Origin: the human T2T-CHM13v2.0 reference genome, Homo sapiens
NCBI RefSeq assembly: GCF_009914755.1
Contig: NC_060939.1
Direction: 5' to 3' (one strand)
DNA: 64,000 bases
Made by a program: the position numbers and the translations under genes. This document shows, one piece after another, positions 52,884-64,000 of this stretch; position 1 is the first letter of the stretch, and each line of letters opens with the position of its first letter. The notes under the pieces are model-generated. The model saw only the letters and a program-made list of their open reading frames with translations, was not told the origin of the DNA and did no database searches.

Positions 52884-54670
52884 AGGCAACCAAAAAAACC
52901 CTCTAACTTGGATCTCAGAGTTGGAATTCCCTTGCACCTGGCACCAAAATGCACTATGGTTTATAAATGTGGTGAAGTAGGAAAAAAAAATGCTATCTTG
53001 AATTGCTAACAATATTAGAGAGAAGCCTGGTGCTGTAAATACAACACATCAGACATTTCCAATTCTACCTCCAAAAAGAGATATGTGAACTGTTCAGATC
53101 ATTCTTTGCTAGTTCATGTTGAAGCCATCTTTCACATTTCAAGTCCTGATCAGTAGCCTTGGCCAATGATTGCAAGTCATGCTTACCTGGAAATAAGACT
53201 TGGAATTAGAACCTGATATTGGTCCAGATTTTGGTATATTTGCGCAACTACTTTTCATAATGAAGCAGCATATTTTCTTGATGTGTCTTTTTACCTGTGA
53301 TGAGTGTTAAATGGTTCCTTTCATATGTAACTTCATTATTCAGGACTTATAATAATTATACAATAACATTTATCTCTACTTAGCATTCTCCTGTATTAGC
53401 CATAGCTTTCCATTAATAGATACTACCTGGGAAGTCATTTTTATAGGTAATATGCTTTTAACTTTTATTACAGGATACATTCTTTTATCTAAAAACAAAC
53501 AAAAGAGAAAAGAAAACCCAAATGACTCTACACCCTGATATCTATCTATCTATCTATGGATTTTTGTGACCTAAATTATTAGATTATGCTAGGATATTTT
53601 TGTTGGTGATGAGATAACATTATAACATTATTTACTTAAGATATTGGCTATGGGATTATTTTTCATGTCTGAATTTATTCCTTGTACAATGGCATAAAGA
53701 ATGTGTTTCCCTTATTGGACTGGACTCAATCATAGCATAATGTAGAAAAATAACCAAAGAAAATGTGACTGATTCTTTAGAAGGTTTAAAAGCTTAGAAG
53801 TCAACTGAAGAGTTCTCCAGAGAGCAAAATAAAAAAAATTAAAAATCTATGAGCAGCACAAAGTATATGAATAATAGAAGAGATTTATATACATTAAATC
53901 TATATATCATAAATGTTTCAACAGAAAGGCTATATCTAACACTGGATCAATTTTTAAAAAAAAATCAGAGGTTACTTAGTTAATAAAGAGCTGTTTAACT
54001 TGTCACAAGCTAAATTGCCTACGATGATAATGGCTGTATAAAACATCCATAGGTCTGTATGGCATATATGCATATTCAAATTTATTGAAAAATTATTTGT
54101 GGTAACACATATAGCTATGTTCTTTTTATTACATAGCTGTTAGATGATGTCTCTTAAACAAGATTCTCTGAATGAGTAATACTTGACATTATGTACACTA
54201 ACTTTGTCTGTAAAATATTTGGCCATGGCTACTCTATGGTAGAAGAGTGACAGGGAAAAGTTGCAGATATGTAAAGACGAGAGAGACCTTAGAGGTCATC
54301 ACTTGAACTTTTCCTTTTACAGATGAGAAACTCAAGACTCAACAACATGTTGGAACAAGGAGGGTCTAAAGATTTAATTAAAATTGTGGAAATTTATAAA
54401 TGTGATTTTCAATAGTGAAAAGCAAACGTCTGATAAGACATGACTCATGAAGCAACAAATCTGCAACAAGATCAAATGCTGTTTTTAAAGTTTCAATTGA
54501 ATTTGATCTGCCTAACTCATAGAAAGGTGACTCTTTCAGAGAAATGATGACTTTAAGGTAATTTCTCTCCATTTCAGGGCTACTAGAAGACTTTTTGTTT
54601 TGTTTTGTCAAAACCACTACCAGACTCAAGAGGCAAACTGGAAGTAGATAAAATAGAAATAGAGCAACAA

Positions 54671-54673
<3 letters not shown>

Positions 54674-54717
<44 letters not shown>
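54674..54717. repeat. (GT)n microsatellite, ~22 units
   Basis: Direct read. Confidence 0.95.
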
Positions 54718-54719
<2 letters not shown>

Positions 54720-54854
54720 CCCCATAACATAAAATTATATCTGGAATTTTTTGTGATATTACAAAGATTCAGATTACACTCTAAAATCTTCTATTGTCTT
54801 TGTCCTCTACCTCAGGTCTCAAGGTATAATATACAAACTAATTCAAATTTAAAA

Positions 54855-55090
54855 GCAGAGGCAGTGTGATATAATGGAATGGCCCTTGATTCTAATCCCA
54901 AATTAGATTTTGGGTTTGAGTTTTAGATCAGCTTTAATAGGCAAGACTCTCAATGTCCACCAGCCTCAGTTTTTTCAGCTGTAAAGTGAAGATAAAAATA
55001 TCTGCTTTGCTTACCTTCCTTGGGCCATTGGAGTGTCTTCAATGAAATAATGTATGTGAAAGTGATGAGGAACTATTCACATTCTACAGA
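54855..55090. mobile_element. MIR SINE fragment
   Basis: gcctcagttttttcagctgtaaagtgaagataa...aatgaaataatgtatgtgaaagtg. Confidence 0.7.
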
Positions 55091-55683
55091 TATGTTAGGG
55101 CTTATGAAAATTGCTAGGAGATTGGTCTGATGAGAGGGCTTTGGGTCCATGCAAACAACATGAAATTGCAGCCAGGACGCAGAAGGCAGTCCCTTCTCCT
55201 CAGCCATGGGAAGCAGCTGCTCACACTCTCCAGTTTGGAATGCACAGGCTTAGGAAGCAAGATTTTAACAGACTGTTTGGCACTGAGTAGAATTCTCCCA
55301 AAGACCTGGCAGGGGAGTTAGTTTAAGTAATAGTATGTCAACTACTCATCAAGACAAATACTAATGGAAGGTTTCCACAAATTAGGTTTTGCTTGTGTAA
55401 TGGTAGGAAGACAACAAGTGTGTCTTCTGAATTTAATTTACAGGTCTGCTGTGCCTTTCAGAAGCACAAAGATCATGCCTCCTCTTTTCTGAGTCCGTGC
55501 ACCTGTACACAGACCTGAAAATCTCCTTCAACCCTTAAGGCATTTTGCTCAGGTAGGACCCTATTAAAAGCAAAAAAAAAAAAAAAAAAAAAAAAATCAC
55601 AAAAACACTCAAATGTCATTCCACATCATAATCAAATCAAATTCAAAGTGTTACATTCCAGTGTCACATTTGATGTTTATTCA

Positions 55684-55788
55684 TTTTTATTTTGTGAGAC
55701 AGCACCTTGCTATGCTGTCCAGGCTGGGCTTCTACTCCTGGGCTCTAATGATCCACCTGCCTCAGCCTCCTGAGTTTCTGGAAATACA
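55684..55788 (-). mobile_element. FLAM (Alu monomer)
   Basis: gagacagcaccttgctatgctgtccaggctgg...ctcctgggctc...cctgcctcagcctcctgag. Confidence 0.8.
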
Positions 55789-58640
55789 ATGATACCCTTG
55801 TTTAGGCACATTATTTCATATTTGTATTCATTTCTATTCATCTTTAAATCCCTCAGGACCTCCCCATGGCAATTAGTAGGCACATAAAATGCATTAAATA
55901 AAACTACAAGTAACTAAATTCATTTTTTTACATAGTAAATATTCAGTACCCTTAATGGATCAGGCACAGGATGAGTTCAGGAAGAACCCATCTTACATTT
56001 AATAATTGTATTAATTGTGTAAAGACTGAGATTCAAATGTACCTTCAATGTAATATTTCAGTTCATCTTTTGCAAAGCCTCAGCTTCTTGTGGAAAAGTA
56101 ATTTTCAAGAACAGCCAGTGTATTGCAAAAAAAAAGAGGAGGGCGGGATGTTACGATTCTGGACTTGCTATTACAAAACCTGAGAATATAGCGTGGTAAC
56201 CTAGCTCAGCAGGGAAACACCTGTTCTGTCACCCAGAAGGAAAACATACCTCTTTTAACTCACAATCCATATACATTCCTGGGGAGAGGGAGGAGGGGGA
56301 AGACTTGGCTCACAGTGATCAAATGGAGCCTATTGAATACCTCCACCATCTAGTAATTGTTCTTGTCTAGGCACTTATGCTTAAATAGAATTTTAGGACC
56401 CTAAATAGGTGGATGATATGTGTGGTAATGTTTTTGTGAGAGGAAGTATCAATGTTATTTATAAAATCAGCTGAGTGCCTTAGAGGTTTGACCATATATA
56501 CTTCATGCTAAAAAAACTTAATTTGGAAAGGAAATTTCTTGTACCTACCAGTGAATTACACAATTTATCTAAATAAAAGCATCTTATGAATCTTTGGTTC
56601 AGCAATGTAGAGTTGGCATTGAAAAGTTTCCATGAGAATTTGCCAAGAACCTATAAATAAACATTAAACACGAGATGTCTTATGTAACCACAATCCTCAG
56701 GGCAGATTCCTTTTAAATATAAGTGCACAGCTGGAGTTCAACAGATACCACATCTTAAGAGGGTTTTGCCATAACTTGTAAGTTTAAAAAATTAACTACT
56801 TACTTTTATAAATCTTTCTGCTAGTAGATACATTTCTGTGTACAACCCATAGACTAGTTAAAAGTTTCAGATTTAGACAGGAACATGACTTAGGAAGAGA
56901 GCTCACAGATTCAAAACAATTCAGTGCTTCTGTATACTTCTTTATATGTTTCAGAGTAATTTCGTATGCATTATCACAAGCCAGTTTTCACAATAAACCT
57001 TCAAGTCGGGAGTTTCCACAAGAAGTTTAGGCTTTGCAAAGGATGTGCTGGGAAGTTACACAGAGAGTACATTTGAATCTCAGTCTTTACACAACTAATA
57101 CATTTATTAAATGGAAGGTGGATTCTTCTGAATTCATCCCATTCCTGATACATTAAGAGCACTGAATATTTACATTTTTGTTCCCAGATAATAAACCTAC
57201 AGCAGTAAATGGACAGATACTTGTTTCAGGTCAGATGTAGTCTTTTGGCTTTAAAATTACTGCTTTCTTAAAATACCATAGTGCTAAGCTATGCCCATGT
57301 GAACAGAGGTTTGGATTAAAAAGATCTGTCTCCTTAACTGCTCTGATATTCTGGCACTCCCCTTTAATTCTGACAATTCAAACATGACTAGTATTCTCAA
57401 TTTGGAGTTTAGTTTTTCCTTTTGTGGAAGCAGATTAGCTTGACTTGTGAGTCTTTAAAAATTGTTATTAACATATGTAATATTTACTAGAAAGACATCA
57501 TCACTAGCAGTTTCAGGAAGTAGAGGACGTGCTCATCCTGACTCTGCTGCTGAATCCACAACACAGACAGAGTCCTCAGCACTTAACGGTGAACAGTCAA
57601 TAAACTGTTCTGAAAGAAAGGATGGGAGACTGAATACTGTACATGTTCAAAGCTCAGTGTGGAAAGGACAGTCCTCTGAGCCATCGAGTTTGCTCCTTCA
57701 AATCTTGAAGCTTTTCTTCCCTGCTTATTTACAACATTGGCACTGATTCAAGATGGTTTATCAATAAATAATTTGCATTTATCTTATTTGTCTACAGTTG
57801 ACCAACTGTGTAAATCTTCTCCTCATTGGATGTTTTACTTTTGAGTGGTGATAATTCATTCTCATCAGCCTTCTGATTCTTCTAATGTTTTACAGCTACC
57901 CACATATGTGGAAAAAGACACAAGGTACTTTAGTAGACTGAACTATCCCTGATGAGTTTCCCAGGTCACATTCAAAGTAGCACATTACTTTCACTAGCCA
58001 TATCCTAGTTTCTCACACTGAAATGTGAATTGCAAAAAGTGAAACACTGGGAAGGAATATTATCATCGTTTTATTCTTCAGGAGTCAATGCTGCTGCTTT
58101 AAAGGAGTGCACTATTTGAAGCACCATTTTATCATTATGAGGTTACATGTTACTTGGCTGCCTTTTAAAGATGCATTTTTAATAAATCTATTGCTTTGAT
58201 TTGTGTTTCTGTTAATCACAAGATGCAATCCATTTTTCTAAGAATAATGCTAAAGTATCCTTTGTATCACCCCCGATCCACCTCTCCTCAACCACCAATC
58301 ACCACTGTTCCCTCAAGAGAAGAAACCACTGTCACCAATGCAGTCTGTGTATCCTTCAAGCCTTTTGCTATTGGTATGTAATCATAGAAATGAACTGAAA
58401 CAAATATGTATTATTGTTTTGTGTGTGGGTTTTATCTTTAATTTTTTTTAGCTTAAAAATGACTTGGTGATTTTGTCTGTGATTGTACCTATGGTGCAGC
58501 CTCCTTCTTCATAACATTTAATGGTATGAACATGCCGTCTATGCCATATAACCTACTGCTACTGATAAACATTGACCTTGATATAAGTTCTTCTCATTAT
58601 TACCAATAATGCTGCAAGGAATGCTCATGGACATCATCTT

Positions 58641-58755
58641 TAAGGCTGTCAATTTAGCAAATAAAATATTGTATAGGACTTATTTATAATACAAAATTAT
58701 TATTTATCTGAAATCTACATTTAATTGGCACTCCATTCTTTATCTAGAGAACCTA
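58641..58755. mobile_element. MER53-like hAT MITE fragment
   Basis: atttagcaaataaaa...tttatctgaaatctacatttaattggca...tttatctagagaaccta. Confidence 0.6.
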
Positions 58756-58939
58756 CTCCTTATGCAGATGAATGAGTGTACTGTATAGTATATAGAGAGG
58801 AACTGAATGGCTAGGAAGAAGAGACTGGGTACTTTTTCCTTAATTTTGAAAGTTTTTGCCTTTTGTCTGCCTAGATTGTAACACCAATGTAAACTTTGTT
58901 GTACTTTTCCAAGCCTCATGAGTTGAATGCTAATTAAAT

Positions 58940-60850
58940 TTATTTTAATTGGATGTTAGTGATATATATTACTAATATTATATATAACACATACATATCA
59001 AAAAAGCATGCACATTCTAAGTGGACAACTTGATTACCGTTCACAAACTAAACGCACCTGCGTAACCAACAAGCAGATGAAAAACTGGACTCTTGCCAAA
59101 ATTCCACCTGATTTCCTATTTCAATCACTAACAACCATCCACTCCCCACCCCATCACACGCACACACCAAAGGGCAACCAGTATATTGACTTTCTAACAG
59201 CTTAGATGACTTTGATGGCTTTGTTCTTTGTGTACATGGAATCATACCATATGTAATCTTATGTGTCTGTCTTTTTTTCTGCTCAACATTTTGTTCATGA
59301 GAGTCACTGATATGCATAGTTTTCAATAACTCCTTTTATCATTTCTGTACAGTATTCATCTAACTTTGATCTTTCTGTTTTTGTAAAAAAGACATACAAA
59401 ATCCTATAACTTTTCTTAAGTACTACTTTGGTCCCTTTCCACTAGCCTGTGTCAGGTAATGTTCTCATTTTTTTTTTTCTAAATCAATTCTAAATTATGT
59501 TTAAGTGGTGTCTTTAATCCATTAATTATTTAGAATTGAATTTTTTAAGTATTCATTCTAGATCATCTTTTTTTCTTTTTGTCAATAGATATCTAATTTT
59601 TATTGGTGGATTGTTCCTTTCATCCATTCAAAATATTACTACTGTACCCTTTAGATATCTTGAATTTTAATTTTTTCAGAGGCAAATATCATTAGTCGTT
59701 TTATGCTATTTTGCTTTTTTTGTATGTGTTTTCTTTTGCCTTACATTGTTTAGATGTATAAAGAATAGTTGTTTGGTGTATAGCTGGATTTTATTACTCA
59801 ATTTCTGTTTCTACACAGGTGAATTTAGCTCATTCTCTCAATTAAAAAACACTAATTAGGAAATATTTTATTTCTATTTTAGCAGCCACTCAGAAAGTTA
59901 AGAAACAAATATATTTTTCACAAATTTTATAGTTAATCTAGACAAATTTTTTCCATCAATCAAGACTGTCCGCCCAATTATATATACTGAATTCGTACTT
60001 CTACTCACTCTACCCTATTGCTGCTCTCTGTCTTTTCATGCTAGATTATTACCTCTTTCCCCAAAATCAACATTTATTTATACTTAGAGTTCTTCAATAT
60101 TCAATGCTTCAAAAATCATATCTTCTTCTGAGTTCCATTTAACATCTTATTGATTATATCTTCCAGTACTTCTTTCAGACAGGGTCTATAGATATATTGC
60201 TTATGAATGTCCATATCCCTGGTATTATTTTATTTTACTATGCACTCATATTTGATAAATATCTTGGCAGGACATAGAATAATAAGTTCCAAGTTAGGTT
60301 TATTAAGGACTCTGATAATATTTATCCATTCTTTTCTTGCATTTAGTGATTTAATTGCTGATTAAAGTCTAATGTCGAGAGAATTCTTGTTCACTTTAAG
60401 ATACTTTGATTACCTTTGCATGTTGTTTTTCTGAATTTTTTTTAATTTATCTTCTCCTCCTTCTTGATTAGTGTTCTAAAATTGCATCTAAATGTATTCA
60501 GGTCCATGAACATTTTTGTTTGTTTAGAATCAAATTGTTTTTTCGTTCTGCTTGATACTAGATGTCTGTTCTCAAACTTGGGATTCATGTATTATTTCTG
60601 TTCTGGATCAACTTTTCTATCATTATTTTACCATTCCCTTACTTTAATTTTCTCTAGATTCCCTTTCTCCAATTCCTATGAGATAGATGTCAGAAATAGG
60701 AACTGTCCCCCATAACTCTTGTATTTTGTATTTTGCATCTTTTTAAAAGTTTTGCTTGCTGCTTCTTAGAATTACTTTAGCTCCATCTTGTAACTATACA
60801 TTAACCCTGAAATTAATTGCCCTTTATATCAATGTTTACATTTTAATCTC
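58940..60850 (-). mobile_element. Ancient L1ME/L1M fragments
   Basis: L1ME-type 3' end (ggaatcataccatatgta, tttctgctcaacattttgttcatgagagtc), then T-rich degenerate L1 body. Confidence 0.55.
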
Positions 60851-60873
60851 TAAAATCTATTGTTGTGCTTTCC

Positions 60874-61177
<304 letters not shown>

Positions 61178-61710
61178 TATTGTTGTGCTTTTATAGGTAC
61201 CAATATCATCTCATATGTCTTGATGCATTAGTACTCTAAGAGTTATTTCCTCTGCTTTCGACAACTCTGCTCTTTTATTGCCAGTTCTACCAGTTGTCAA
61301 TCTCCTTCTCTTTCCTGCATTTGTGATTTAAAACAAAATAAAACAAAACAAATCTTTGATCTTCTGTTTTATTCTTTTTTCCCCGTTTTTGAAGGTGGTG
61401 TGTAAGCAGCGCAGACCTTGCTGCACTATTTCATTGCAAATTAATGATTCTGGTTCTATGATAACTCTATCACTGTTTGATGATCGTATAGTTTCAAGAA
61501 CTAAGACCTGGTATGTAAAATATCCACATTTGAATGATTATCCTATCCACTAAATAGATTCCACGTTTTCACTTTTCAAAAATAATGTTAAAGATGTTCT
61601 TCCTCATCTGTAACTGTCATTTTTCTTGCTGCAATTTAAAGTCTTTTATTCTTATTGGGATTGGATACGAACAGTCTTTTCCCATTTTTGAATTAGAAGT
61701 CCTTTGACAG

Positions 61711-62344
<634 letters not shown>

Positions 62345-63700
62345 TCATATGAGTAGTCCAGAGAGAATATGTTTATTAACAGGTGTTCCAGGCAAATCTT
62401 ATAATCTGGCAAAGATGGAGTAAGCAGTACCTCTAGAAAAAGGATAAAAATCCACAGAACCCAAAGTCTCCCTCTGGGAGGGGGCGGACAATTGTCACCG
62501 GTTTGTGATGAGATTAAATTGAAGTTTCATCTCAGGTAAAATTCTAGACCCTTGTCAGGAAAACACTCAAACATCTGTTGAATGTGATATTTTAATCTGC
62601 AATTGTTGACATTGATTGTGCTTTGTGGCATTTGTTATTCAAAATCATTTTTCTGACACTTGACAGAGGAGGTGCCTTACTAAACTACTTCCACCTGCTA
62701 AGATGGGTTGCATTTTGAGCAGGGTTAACTGAGGTGCACCATTTGGAAATAGTTTGCCAAAAAAAAAATGCCTCAATTCTCTTGAGGAGGCAGCCTGTGT
62801 GCCTTGTGGTTTCTGAGTGCATCAAGGCTTAAACTTGAGCTCTGCATCAATCAACTAGGAATTAAGAAAGAAGACTAGAAAACAGTTTTGATAATCCAAA
62901 CAATTTTTGAATGTTGAAGAGTTTTGTTGCCATTTGTTATTAGCAGCACACTAGTCCTAGTATGGAATCTTGTGACATATTGTGCAGTATTCTGTCATTC
63001 TCAGAGGCTGATTTCTTTGACTTCATAGCAAGCACTAATAGCTCATTTTGGCTAAAGCTGATAATGATGATGCAAAAATGGCTTGAGTCAATGTCCTTGA
63101 ATACACCTGAGGTAGGAAGTTTGCTCCCCACAGCTTATTCTCATCAAGATGGGAGACAGACAAATGTCAAACAGTTTGAAGGTTTAATTTCTTTAAAGCG
63201 AGAGTCAAAACTTGATATATTCTATGCAGGTTATTTATTTATTCATTTATGTATCTGCAGGAGGGGGATGGGCAGGAAAGGGGTAGAGAAGATATGTAAA
63301 TTCCCTGGATATGCATGCTGGCAATGGAAATATTCTGCTTATGCCATGTTGTGTGCAGCACATTTATTTATTTAGCATTAATTAAACTAAATTTCTAAGT
63401 GATTGAATATGGGTAACTATCTGTTAACTTTGGCTTGTGTAATATTTTCCATATTTTCTTTGTTTTATTGAAACAAAGAAAAAAGGGAGTAGTTATAAGC
63501 GAAGAGAAAATGCTAGTTTTAAAGAAAAAACATGTTTGATTAAAACTAACTTTAGTTTGCATACAAGTTTGTTCTCTCCCCAGTGACATTGTCTTTATAA
63601 CCTCTGCTTATGCAGATGAGATGTGAAAACTGCAGAATGGTCCTTCAGATAACTCTGAGGCCCTGAACATAGAATTTCAGGAACAAAACTGTTGAACATT

Positions 63701-63726
63701 ACACACACACACACACACACTCACAC
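63701..63726. repeat. (AC)n microsatellite
   Basis: Direct read. Confidence 0.9.
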
Positions 63727-64000
63727 AAACACAGAGTCTATGTTGCCGATAAATGAAAGCTTATTAATATCATTATATTGATAATTAATAATTTTAATAC
63801 ATTTTAAATTAAACATGTTGATAATGAAATATTACTGAATATAGTAAGAAATGTGAGTATTAGCTAACAAACAATAAAAAAATTCAAATGTAATCATTGG
63901 TATCATGCCGGTATACTTCTTAACAGTGTATTTCCTATGCATGTTTCTGTTTGTTAGAATTATCTTCTTACAGATATTAGAAAACTCAACACTAACTGGC

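Noticed and set aside
51329-53012. ORFs of 112-131 aa in unique sequence
   Set aside because: Non-ATG starts, AT-rich composition, one crosses an (AAAT)n repeat, no recognisable domain.
55565-55596. Isolated long poly(A) runs (also ~685, 27746, 39403, 43645) as retrocopy tails
   Set aside because: No convincing TSDs or upstream mRNA-like body.

Overview
This is primate, most likely human, repeat-rich DNA; a young AluYa-lineage element supports human. It looks intergenic or intronic, and I recognise no host protein-coding gene. Nearly all long ORFs in the track come from L1, Alu, LTR or simple repeats. The dominant structure is two full-length ~6.2-kb L1PA3/PA4-class elements in inverted, head-to-head orientation (8565-14732 minus; 27953-~34115 plus) that bracket a 13.2-kb segment. 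The two L1s differ at apparent subfamily-diagnostic sites yet share about 10 non-consensus, non-CpG substitutions in patches. That pattern suggests gene conversion between the inverted repeats and a candidate recurrent (toggling) inversion. Inside the segment is a plausible two-exon transcript: an MST LTR with a perfect CAG|GTAAGT donor, and a unique terminal exon with branch point, acceptor and AATAAA. Both L1 antisense promoters point into the segment, and the right L1 carries an extended 165-aa ORF0 that runs into flanking DNA. Other notable items are a probable L1 3' transduction of a MER2 fragment, template-switch hairpins (one frameshifts L1 ORF2), a solo ERV1 LTR with TSDs, candidate minus-strand lncRNA exons and a ~270-bp polypurine tract. 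Subfamily and consensus comparisons are from memory, not from a search.
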